Of a stretch of 64,000 nucleotides of DNA, positions 39,915-51,949 are shown in pieces. The position numbers and the translations under genes were made by a program. The stretch spans positions 16,182,001-16,246,000 of the forward strand of contig NC_082739.1 in the NCBI RefSeq assembly GCF_030144855.1. The letters are read 5' to 3'. This stretch comes from Hypanus sabinus (lineage: Eukaryota). The notes beneath the pieces are model-generated. The model was not told the DNA's origin. It did not search any database and saw nothing but the letters and a program-made list of their open reading frames with translations. Each line of letters starts with the position of its first letter. The stretch's first letter is position 1.

Positions 39915-40390
39915 ACGTTTTAGCATTTTAACTGGTTGCATCACCATTTGGTATGGAGAGGCCACTGGATAGGATTGGAAAAAGCTGAATAAAGTTGTAA
40001 ACTCAGCCAGCTCCATCATGAGCAGCACTAGCCTCCACAGCATCGAGGACACCTTCAAAAGGTGATGCCTTAAAAAGGTGGCATTCATCATTAATGTCCT
40101 GGGTGACTGGGTCATGCCTTCTTATTGCTGCCACCTAGTAGAGTACAGGAGCCTGGAGACACATACTCAATGTTTCAAGAACAGCTTCTTCCTCTTTAAC
40201 AGCTGATTTCTGAATGGACAATGAATCCATGAACACTACTTAACTATTTTTACCTCTCTTTTTGCACTATTTTTAACTTAATTTTTATATGTGTATACAT
40301 ATTGTAATTTATAGTTATTATGTATTGCACTGTACTGTTGCCACAAAACAAATTATGACATATGCCAGTGATACTAAACCTGATTCTGAT
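39915..40390 (+). mobile_element. Rex1 LINE 3' fragment
   Basis: AAGAACAGCTTCTTCCTC motif; CCTGATTCTGAT tail. Confidence 0.75.
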
Positions 40391-41879
40391 ACATTGTGAA
40401 ACACTACTATAGATGAAGGTGACCTCAGATTAGTAAACAGAAAATAATTTCAAAATATGAAAGCTCAACCATTTCAAATAGTTAACCACAATACCGCAAC
40501 ATTATCAGAAAGCTTTTGAATCTTTTTTCAAATCATGTGTGTTGGCTTACCCAGAAAGAATTGCTCAAAAATAGATTGCTATATTAATCTGTACAGTCTG
40601 TCTTAACTGAATTTTAGCAAGCAAGGGTTAACTGTATGTGTTCTCCATAAAATCTAACTAAGTGGCCTAGGATGTTGTACTCCTGACTTCGAATGAGATG
40701 ATTGTGGCTTTGAAACACTCTGTAGATTAAGCATGTAATTAGGATGGTGATTCAACAGAATACTAAAAACTATAAATGTTAGAAATCTTAAATAAAAACA
40801 GAAAATGCTGGAGCTTAAAATGTTTGATATTTCTTTCTATAAATAACCTGAAACTTCAACTGTGTTGCTTTTTCCACAGATACTGCCTAACCTGCTGATT
40901 ATTTCCAGCATTTCTGTTTTTATTCTTAGTTCTTCAAATGCCAGAAATCTACCCTTTCATCTGTTTTCTGCACTGCCTACAATGGTTGAATGTTCCCATT
41001 GCAGCCATATAACAGACAATACAAGCAACAATAAGCTGCCCACCAATAGTATCTAATATAAATTTATCCATCTCTCTGTTCTACCTTTAAAAGAGCTAAC
41101 TCACGATGAGGTAATTTCCAGATGTTCCAACTGTCCTCCTGTCATTTCAATCAAGTGCCTGTTTAAAGTGCAAGTCTGGGTTGTGAGTGTCAGAATATTT
41201 AATATTACTTTGTGATTTGTTGGGAGTACTCTGCCCATTGAGCCTATGCCATCTCTGAGGGCAATCCCAACAATCCCTTTCCCCTACTTATCTCTCTGTG
41301 ATTTATTTTCTCTCACAAACTCAATGTCTTGTGTCACACACTGTCAGTGGTAATACAATATTACTACACTGTAATCATGCACATTTCCACTGGGTGCTCT
41401 AATTTCCTCCCACATACTAAAGGTGTGCTGGTTTGTACGTTATGTATTGGCTACTGTTAGGGCAATTTAAAGTAGTCAATAACATGTATGAAACTTGAGT
41501 TCAAAAGAAAGAGACAAAGACAGAGAGCTTGGGCCCACCTATTTGTTTGTACTGGACTGTTTGACTGTGTACGAAATTACCAAAATCTCTCAAAATCAGA
41601 GATTGGAGCTTCAATCAACGTCAACCACACACATGATTGGAAGCCAGTGAGAACTGGCCAGCCTCACTTGTATAATATCTGTCCTCAAAGTAACTGGGGA
41701 TTGTAACGATAAAGTCAGTTAGTTCGACATGACTTTGAGCTCTTGATGATTTAAAAACAATATTTCTGTGGGAGAATGCACAAGCTCCCAGTGCAGATTG
41801 GAGGCTTAAGACCTGGGTCACTGAAGCTGTTTGTATTTATGCATTGATAATTTTTTTGTCCTCTGAGTGCTGAAGTTCT

Positions 41880-41924
41880 AGAACAAAAACATAGAGGCAC
41901 AAGCTGAATTATGCTTTTTTTATT
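41880..41924 (-). terminator. Minus-strand polyadenylation site candidate (distal CLMP 3' end?)
   Basis: AATAAA (41924-41919), CA about 14 nt downstream, then U/GU-rich TTGTGCCTCTATGTTTTTGTTCT. Confidence 0.5.
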
Positions 41925-44900
41925 TTAAGGAGAATACTTACAATATCCAAAGCAGAAAATGCTGTAGTAAATTACAAAAATATACATTTGCAATTGAAAT
42001 GAGAAATTTTAATTTGTGCTGCATTATGCAGGAAACAGTGTTATTACTTACATGTCATACTCTACATTGAAATGAGAGCGTGACAGTTCAAAGATGACCC
42101 CTTGAAGGTTGAAGTGCCTTTAATTTTACTAATGAAGCATCTTTAGGGAGCAGAAAACTTCAAACGTAGAACTGTAAAAGGAAACAATGTACCACAGGTT
42201 TATAGCAATTTCTTTATCCCTTTTAACATTTAGTAGCATTTCATGTTGATCAGAAAGATAAAGCTCCATTCATTCATCCAACAATTTTCCTGTCCTTTCC
42301 ACATATGACTATTAGTTAGGGCTAGATCACATATTTTTGTAGCAAACATATTGTAGTTGTCTGTTTATTTTTGTATAACCAAATTAAATATTTACGGTTT
42401 CCAATTAGCATTAAAGTGGTGTGCTTTGAAGTGTGTTATATTTCCAATGCTTCATTTAAACATGCTATTTAAAATACTACATGAAGAACAGCAGATAAAT
42501 AGAATTTGAACCAAAATACAAGAGTACAACATTCATAGAGGTTTGCATAAGAAGGAAGGTGGGTGGCAAAGAAAGAGTATGGGTCTACCTAAACATCCAA
42601 AAATATTGTATAACTTGAGGTTTAGATGAGCATGCATGTTTTCCTGTTACATTAAGGATGCATGTGTATGCTCCTGCAAATGCTGGTATATTTAAAATCC
42701 CAAGCAGCTCCATGTTCAACTTTTTGTTTTATTTTAGTTCTGATGATATATTCTTTTATGTCTTGTTCATTTTAAGCCCAAATAACTTGCATTTAATTGA
42801 ACCAGAATCTGTTGTCTTGAGGAATTCATCCAGTATTGTTAGCACAAACCTATGACATGGTTTTATATAATCACATTAATATCTCCCTAGCTTCCACAGC
42901 TACAAGCATTGAAGTAGTTGTAAGATGTGGAAAGGTGTTTTATTATATTGGTATGTGAATATGTCAATACAAAGCTGTCATGCACAGCTGGTATGAGAGC
43001 TCAAAACCTTCCACTAGGATGCTATTTATCAAAAAGATGACAAGAGCAAATTATAAAATACACATTATAAATCTGTACTGCACTTTAAAATTGAAGTAAT
43101 GTTCTCCTAATGTGCTTTTGATGTGATACAAACATAAGAATGTTCAAAAGATTCAACATGGATGCACAAAATAAAAATAACATGGAAAATGGTGCAGGAT
43201 TGGTGTTTTAAATAAAGGACTCTTCTTAGAATAGTCATGTTCGTCAGCCTCTGTTGAGTTCTTTACGGATATCAATGGGCCTGATGTACATTACAGTATT
43301 TTGCTTTGATTTTAGATTTTCATTATTCACAGTTTTCATTTTTCATTTTAAGCTTTTAAACTTCACCATTTGTACATTTGCCTCCTTATCCATTTGTACA
43401 TTTTCAATCCAAATGGAAATATGCTTCACATTAAATCTGCAGCAGCTGATATCCAAGGTGTGCCAGATTTTCTCAGCGCACTGCTGCAATAACTCATGCC
43501 ACACAAAGGTGGCACATCAATTCACTGCAGATGTATAAATCTGGTGCATTGACTTGGCTCGATGTTGATTTGTCTGGGGGGGGCGGTCTTTGCAGTAAAA
43601 ACATGAAGAATCTTCATGTGGGGAAGGAAATTCTAAGGATTACCTTGTTTGTGTACCAATAGCTAACGACCACCATTAGACTGCCAACCCATTCTCATTG
43701 CCTCCATACACCTCAGCATTGGGAGGATGTTAAGAAAGGGAAATAAAAGTTAATATCCTAAAATCTGTAATTTTTCACAAACGTGACTTGTGTTCACTTC
43801 AGGCTGTTTCAGTTTATTATAAAGCACGTGATCATTGCACATATTTTAAAAGCTAAAAATAAGTTTGTAGTACATTTAAAGAAGACTTTCATACATGTCA
43901 TATAGTTGAACTGTGTAACTGACAAGACATGGCATCTGGAGTAGATGATGGATAAGTAACATAGCGGTTTACTGATAGCGAGTTGTATTTTGGCATTTTT
44001 TCTCTTTTTAAGAGATATATACAATAATTTCTCTTTAAATCCCTTTTAACTAAAAATGATGCACCACTTTTAACTCTAAAACAAAGCTGCAAAAAATGAC
44101 ATAATCACCTGACTAGTGATTAGCATTATTCTATCTCACACCTGATGAAATAAGGAGCATAATCTCAGACACATAAGAAACCTCTGACATGTTTTTAACT
44201 GTAAATAATTCAACAACTCCAATGATAGTTACCCAATTCTGCTTCATAGAATTAGACAGGGCACAGTGCGTTTTGCAGCTTGGCTTCACAGAAAGAAATG
44301 CAATGTTTGTGAGCGGCATTGAGCCAATGTTAACAATTGCTGCATTCAGCTTATGAATAACAAAACTGATAGAAACTGGCAGTCTTTTAAGATAAACATT
44401 TAGGAAATATTCACAGAAAAAATAAACTAACCTATTTTAAATAAAATTCAAAATAAAACGGACAAATTGCGGAACAGTAAGCTTACACATCCCTTTTGAA
44501 CTAAATTGTACATTCCCAAAGTGCTGTTACATAGTAATATGTACAGATGCATCTGAAGGTAAAATAATTACTTTTAATTACATGTTTTTTAACATGCATC
44601 TGCTTTGGATATTTTTTTAATGTCATTTTATGCAAATTTTATTTTGCATAATTTGCCTCTGTTAAATTATGTTAAGAATAATATAGAAACATATCATTTA
44701 AAAAATGCACATTAGAACTTAACTGGTTGTACTTTTTGAATCATAGTAAGTACTAAGCATTTGCTGTGAAGAATGTTCTTTCTGTGTGAATGATATGAGC
44801 ACAGAGATTCTTAACTATATTTGGCTCATATCGCTGAATTCCAATATGCTACACAATATCACATAAGTTGGATGAACAAATTTCCGGACTCAATAGTTAA

Positions 44901-46312
44901 CTGCTTGCATGCTATTTTTTTTTAGTAAATTAGCATCCCTCACAACTAATCCTACATTACCTATGTTCCCTTATGATAGAGGAGGGGTATTTTGGCCCAT
45001 TAGTCTTTACTGGCTCACAGAGCAATCCCATTCCCCTACCCAGTTCCCTGAAACCTATTAGTTTTCAACTCCAGCCTGATTTTCATATCACCCACCTGCA
45101 TTAGAGTATCCACAGTAACTAATCATCTTGAACCAACCTGCTTTTCTAACATGAAAGGAAGCCAGAACACCTGAGTAAAACTCCAAATTCACACAAAGAA
45201 CACACAACTTCCACCCAGCAGCAAATGTTAAGATTGACTCTGGTTTGCAGGAGCAATGAGGCAGCAGCACTACCTGATCTGTCACTAGGCTACCCCAAGA
45301 TTCATTCCTTGTCCATAATTGAAAAATGTGTATTGTGGCTCATCCAAATCCATTTCCCTTTTAACATGGACCATCATTGAACTAATATCACAGAATATGG
45401 AGAATTGTCAAAGGTCAGGTTAATTGTTAACATCGGAAACAAGTCGACATTTCATTTGTGAGACACAGAGTATATTACCCAAAAACTGTGGGCCAATGCA
45501 CAACATTTGACATTCAACTTGCCCTTAGCATTTGATAACTATGACATTTTTCACCACACATTGCTTAGTTTCTGAGAAAGGCAGAGTTTGATTGCATGAA
45601 TACAGCACCTACAGTCTGAATGAAGAAGCAAATTAGGTGGGATCTTGTTGAGCAATCAATCAGATTAAAGGATTGTAAAATAAATAGTGGAAAATGTACA
45701 AGGAAGGATAAGTTAGTGAAATAATTCAATGTCAAAGCTGGAACAGATAGAAAAATAAAGAGAAAAACAATGGCTTTAAATAAAAGAGTCAAAAGAAAAA
45801 TAAATCTGCAATAAAGTAATCTGATTTAACCAAAACCTGAGGCAATGTGCAAACAATTTATTCTTAGTGCCAGCAAGGTTGTCTGGTGTTAATAGCCACT
45901 AATCAAGCAGTTAAAAGGCCTTTATTTGAAATAGCCTGATTTAACTTTCCATATCAAGTTTACTTTGACTTTATTCTACAAATACAAAACATAGAGTTCT
46001 TCAATAAACTTGAAAGGGCACCCAATCAATAAATGTCATTTTCCTAAAACTAACAGAATAAGAGTGAAGAAGCCTATCTTGAATTACAACTTTTACATCA
46101 CCAAGTTTGACTGTGTACTTGCCTAAATTTGCTGTGAATTTGGCTTTCAGTAAAGCTGAGCACCATGGACCTTACCATTATATTGTGAATAACTTTTGGG
46201 TCTTTTTCTCTACCAAAAAAAATGTTAATCACATATTTTTTTAATGAAAAGAGGTGCAATTCCTGTCACGTGTAGACTTTTTCTGAGTTTGAAAATTTTA
46301 TAGATCATATGT

Positions 46313-47312
46313 GCCACAAGGATCAGTGCTGGGTCCATTGTTATTTGTTATCTATATCAATGATTTGGATGATAATGTGGTAAATTAAATCAGCAAATTT
46401 ACTGATGATACAAAGATTGGAGGTGTGGTGGACAATGAGGAAGGTTTTCAAAGCTTGCAGAGGGATTTGGACCAGCTGGAAAAATGGGCTGAAAAATGGC
46501 AGATGGAGTTTAATACAGACAAGTGTGAGGTATTGCACTTTGGAAGGACAAACCAAGGTAGAACATACAAGGTAAATGGTAGGGCACTGAGGAGTGCAGT
46601 AGAACAGAAGGATCTGGGAATACAGATACAAAATTCCCTAAAAGTGGCGTCACAGGTAGATAGGTCAGTAAAGAGAGCTTTTGATATATTGGCCTTTATA
46701 AATCAAAGTATTGAGTATAAGAGTAGAAATGTAATGGTGAGGTTGTATAAGACATTGGTGAGGCCGAATTTGGAGTATTGTGTGCAGTTTTGGTCACCTA
46801 ATTACAGGAAGGAAATTAATAATATTGAAAGAGTGCAGAGAAGGTTTACAAGGATGTTGCCGGGACTTGAGAAACTGAGTTACAGAGAAAGGTTGAATAG
46901 GTTATGACGTTATCCCCTGGAGCGTAGAAGAACGAGGGGAGATTTGATAGAGGTATATAAAATTATGATGGGTATATGATAGAGTGAATGCAAGCAGGCT
47001 TTTTCCACTGAGGCTAGGAGAGAAAAAAACCAGAAGACATGGGTTAAGGGTGAAGGGGGAAAAGTTTAAAGGGAACATTATGGGGGCTTCTTAACACTGA
47101 GAGTGGTGGGAGTGCGGAACAAGCTGTCAGATGAAGTGGTAAATGCGGGCTGACTTTTAACATTTAAGAAAAACTTGGACAGGTACATGGATGAGAGGTG
47201 TATGGAGGGATATAGACCGGGTGCAGGTCAGTGGGACTAGGCAGAAAAATGGGCCAGCACAGCCAAGAAGGGCCAAAAGGCCTGTTTCTGTGCTGTAATG
47301 TTCTATGGTTCT
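46313..47312 (+). mobile_element. Relatively young CR1 3' fragment, 1 kb
   Basis: 160-aa open RT C-terminal region (46425..46907); TTCTATGGTTCTA tail. Confidence 0.92.
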
Positions 47313-48486
47313 ACTTAGAGGACAATGAAGTTTCTCTTTGGAACTTGAATGCAAGAACTTTACGATAACTAAGGAAAGATAATTTCTATTGACAATTGCC
47401 ATTAATTATTACTCAACTATCATCAATATTTCCTAGGATGCTAGGTGCTATTAGACAAGTTGATGAAGTCACAAGTGTGTCAGCAATAGCTCATTATTTT
47501 TCATTGCAAACAGGATGTCCCAGAGTTAGCAAATAATACCTACATGATATTGCAATTGTGTCACCAGACATTTTACTGCCTTCAACAGTTCTGTTGCAAG
47601 ACATACCTTTTGAGCTCAAATGAGATCACAAAACGGTCAATAACATAACTGACATTACAGCAGCATAAGCTAACCTAACATAGTGTGATAATGAGCATTT
47701 TTATATTTATAGTGATTTTGTTTTGTTCCAGAAGTACTGGCCATAAATACAAGGTAGTAAATAACAGGTTCACAGAAGAATTCAGGAGAAACTTGAGATG
47801 GTGGTTAGAATGTGAACTTTCTATCTCTTGGAGAGATTCCTTCAGCATGAAGCTACAAAAGAGGGAAAATGACTAGATGGACATATAGATTGGCTTAGAA
47901 TATGTAGGGATAATGAAGGTTTACGTGGAAATGCATGGCTGCAGACCAGCTGAGTTGGAAAGTCTTCTGTGCTGTAAATTCTACGTAATTTTGCATGTGT
48001 AATTTTATAACCAGGTTCATCTATTTTGGACAATCCTTTATAGTTTGTGCCACTTTCAATTACAAGAGAACAGCCATGCCATAACAGACAGTATGGGAGA
48101 TATGTCACAGACTGAATGGATAAAAAGGGAAGAACTAAAGATGGGGTAGGCCTGTCAAGAGTATAAAGAGTGTAGGGAAGCACTTAAAAAAATAAGGAAG
48201 GCAAACAGGGTTCACTGGTAGACTGGATTAAGGTAAATTCAAAAATGTTTTATATGTATATTAAAGCAAAATGAATAACAAAGAAAATAGTTGGACCCAT
48301 GAGGAACAAATGGAACAATCAGTGCGTGGAGCCAGTGAGGTCCTAAGAGCACTTTTTATCAGCATTCCCGAACAAAACAGACTTTGTAATTGGAGAATTC
48401 AGGAAAGGTGAAAGTGTAAGTATAATAGAAGATGTTCAATGCCTGAGCAGGCTTAAAGGTGGATAAATTCCCAGAGCTAGAAGATA

Positions 48487-50090
48487 CAAACCCCATTTCC
48501 AGAAAAGTTGAGATATTTTGCAAAATGCAATAAAATCAAAAATCTGTGATATGTTAATTCACGTGAACCTTTATTTAACTGACAGAAGTACAAAGAAAAG
48601 ATTTTCAATAGTTTTACTGACCAACTTAATTGTATTTTGTAAACATACACAAATTTAGAATTTGATGGCTGCAACGCACTCAACAAAAGTTGGGACAGAG
48701 GCATGTTTACCATTGTGTTACATCACCTTTCCTTTTAATAACACTTTTTAATCATTTTGGAACTGAGGATACTAATTGTAGTAGATTTACAATTGAAAAT
48801 TTTGTCCATTCTTGCTTGATATAAGACTTCAGCTGCTCAACAGTCCGTGGTCTCCGTTGTCTGATTCTCCTCTTCATGATGCGCCATACATTTTCAATAG
48901 GAGATAGATCTGGACTGGCAGCAGGCCAGTCAAGAACTCGCACTCTGTTTCTACAAAGTCATGCTGTTGTAGCCCGTGCAGAATGTGGTCTGGCATTGTC
49001 CTGCTGAAATAAGCATGGACGTCCTGGGAAGAGACGTCGCCTTGATGGCAACATATGTCTCTCTAATCTCTTAATATACGCCTCAGAGTCAACGGTACCT
49101 TCACATACATGCAACTCACCCATGCCTTGGGCACTGATGCATCTCCATACCATCACAGATGCTGGCTTTTGTACCTTTCGCTGGTAACAATCAGGATGGT
49201 CGTTTTGATCTTTGGCATGGAGAACTCGATGCCCGTTTTTTCCAAAAACTAGGTGAAACGTGGTTTCATCTGACCACAGCACACTGTTCCAGAGTCTTTC
49301 GGTCCATCTGAGATGAGCTCAGGCCCAGGGAACTCGCCGGCATTTCTGCATAGAGTTGATGTATAGCTTCCTCCTTGCGTAATACAGTTTCAAGTTGCAT
49401 TTCTGGATGCAGTGACGGTCTGTGTTAAGTTGCAATAGTTTTCCGAAGTACTCCCGAGCCCAGGTGGCTGTAATTGTCACAGTATCATGAAGGTTTCTTA
49501 GGCAGTGCCACCTGAGGGCTCGAAGATCACGCGCATTCAACAGTGGTTTCCGACCTTGCCCTTTACGCACTGAGATGTCTCTGAATTCTCTGAATCTTTT
49601 CACAATATTATGTACTGTAGATGTTGAAAGACCTAAATTCACTGCAATCTTGCATTGGGAAATGTTCCTTTTGAACTGACTAACAATTCTCTCACGAATT
49701 TTGGAACAAAGGGGTGAGCCACGACCCATTCTTGCTTGCAAAGACTGAGCCTTTGATGGATGCTACTTTTATACCCAGTCATGATACCTCACCTGCTAGC
49801 AATTAGCCTGCTTAATGTGGAGTCTTCCAAACCGGTGTTACTTGAATATGCTGTGCACTTTTCAATCTTATTTTAACTCTGTCCCAACTTTTGTTGAGTG
49901 TGTTGCAGCCATCAAATTCTAAATTTGTGTTTATTTACAAAATACAATTAAGTTGGTCAGTAAAACTATTGAAAATCTTTTCTTTGTACTTTTGTCAGTT
50001 ATATAAAGGTTCATGTGAGTTAACATATCACAGATTTTTGTTTTTATTGCATTTTGGAAAATATCCCAACTTTTCTGGAAATGGGGTTTG
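48487..50090 (-). mobile_element. Full-length Tc1-like transposon, 1604 bp, IR/DR type
   Basis: 214-bp TIRs (48487-48700, 49877-50090), TA duplication on both sides, AAAAGTTG(G/A)GA direct repeats at both ends of each TIR. Confidence 0.97.
48707..49729 (-). pseudogene. Tc1 transposase, 340 codons, DD34E, three in-frame stops
   Basis: One frame: MGRGSPL…GQGRKP…WSDE…FQQDNARPH…SPDLSPIENVW…KGDVTQW*; TGA at 49319, 48959 and 48752. Confidence 0.95.
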
Positions 50091-50265
50091 TACTTACCCC
50101 ATACTGCTATGGGAGGCAAGGAAAGAGATTACTGGGGCTCTGGTCGAGACCTTAAAATATTTGTATCCCAAGTGAGGTACCTGATGTTTAGAGGATAGCA
50201 AATACAGTCCCCCTTTACAAAAAGGAAGTTAATCTGATAATTACTGACTTCTTAGTCAGATGATA

Positions 50266-51352
50266 AACACAAGAAAGTCTGCAGATGCTGGAAATCCAAA
50301 GCAACACACATAAAGTGCTGGAGGAACTCAGCATCAATGGAAATGAATAAACAGTTGATGTTTCAGGCCAAGATCCTTCATCAGGACTGAAAAGTGATGA
50401 GGGTGGGCGGGGGGTGGGGAAGATGCCAGAATAAAAAGGTGGGGGGTGGGGAAGAAGGACTAGCTAGAAGATGATAGGTGAAGCCAGGTGGGTGGAAAAG
50501 GTAAAGGGCTGGAGAGGAAGGAATCTGATAGGAGAGGAGAGTGGACCACAGGAGAAAGGGAAGGAGGATGGGACCCAAAGGAAGTGATAGGTAGATGAGA
50601 AGACATAAAAGGTCAGAGTGGGGAATAGAAGAGGGGGGAGGGGGGAGGGAATTTTTTTTATCAGAAGCAGTAATCAAAATTCATGCCATCAGGTTGGAGG
50701 CTACCCCAGATAGAATATAAGGTGTTGCTCCTCCACCCTGAGAGTGGCCTCTCTTGGCAAAAGAGAAGGCCATGGACCAACATTTCAGAACGGGAATGGG
50801 AATCCAAATTAAGATGTTTGGCCATCCAGAAGTTCCTCTTTTGGCGGATGGAACAGAAGTCCCCTAATTTACGACGGCTTTTACCAACATAGAGGAGGCC
50901 GCATTGGGAGCACCAGACACAATAGATGACCCCGGCTATTCGGAAGTGAAGTATTGTCTCACTGGGAAGGACTGTTTAGGGCCCTAAATTGAGGTGAGGG
51001 AGGAGGTGAATTGGCAGGTGTAGCACTTCTTCCACTTGCAGGGATAAGTGTCAGGAAGGAGATTAGTGGGGAGGGACAAATGGACAAGGAGAGGGAGCGA
51101 TCCCTGTGGAAAGTGGAGAGTGAGCAGGGAGGTAAAGATATGTTTAGTATTAGGATCCCTTTGGAGATGGCACAAGTTCCAGAGAATGACATGTTGTTTG
51201 TGGAGGTTCATGGAGTAGTAGGTAAGGACAAGAGGAGCTCTATCACTGTTAAGGTGGTGGGAAGATGGGATGAGTATGGATGTTCGGGAAATAGAGGAGA
51301 TGTGGGTGAAGGCAGCATCAAAAGTTCAGGAAAGGAAACCCCATTCTTTGAA
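50266..51352 (-). mobile_element. Penelope-like element 3' part (GIY-YIG endonuclease plus terminal repeat)
   Basis: Minus strand: CKWKKCYTC…GPKQSFPVRQYFT…GVIYCVWCSQCGLLYVGKSRRKLGD…EEQHLIF…LQPDGMN; GATA on both flanks. Confidence 0.85.
50352..50389 (-). ncRNA. Minimal type I hammerhead ribozyme-like motif in the Penelope terminal repeat
   Basis: CAGUC-CUGAUGA-AGGAUCUUGGCCU-GAAAC-AUC-AACUG: conserved core boxes, stem I, stem II and loopless stem III. Confidence 0.65.
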
Positions 51353-51510
51353 GATATCAGTAGTAAGTAAGTTATTAGGAAAAGTTCTGAGGGACAAGAT
51401 TCATGATCACTTGGAAAGGCAGGACTTAATCACAGGGCTAGCCACCATAGTTTGTCAGGGTTAGATCCTGTCTGACCAATCCGCCTGAACTTTTTGAAGA
51501 GATAACAAGC

Positions 51511-51949
51511 CATTCCTCGAAGAGGACTACAACCTTGTCGTGGTTTGGAGGTTTGCATGCTTCAATGAGCTAGAGAGCTATGTTGGGTGGAGTTAGTGCT
51601 TTATGACTTGGCTCTTGGTAGGGTCACCCATGCCAAACAAGTCAACGGTTAAAGGCCAGACTAGGACTGGTCCACTGGTCCTCTAGGTTTGGGGGGGGTT
51701 CAGCTACCAACCCTGACTGGACAAACAAAATTGTTAAGGAAACAGCAATGAAGAATCCTTCTACATCTGAGTGTGAAGGTATTCCTGAGGCTTCACCAGG
51801 GACTTGTATGGCTGACAGTAGTGAAAACCAAGAGGAAGCTACTGGTGTGATGAAGGAAGCCCTGAATGCTGCCAAGGCCAAGAGGAAAGACAGAGATGGA
51901 GGACCTTCATTGATGTCCTAAACACCTGCAGGCATAACAGGCAGTAAGT
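51511..51949 (+). mobile_element. RTE-derived non-autonomous element (bipartite SINE)
   Basis: 5' ACCTTGTCGTGG head typical of RTE 5' UTRs; 3' encodes an RTE-like end (RQRWRTFIDVL) with AGTA-repeat tail; flanks TAACAAGC/TAATAAGC. Confidence 0.65.

Noticed and set aside
43601-43619. Palindrome ACATGAAGA-A-TCTTCATGT as a miRNA or structured RNA
   Set aside because: Only 9 bp with no extended stem; expected by chance in 64 kb
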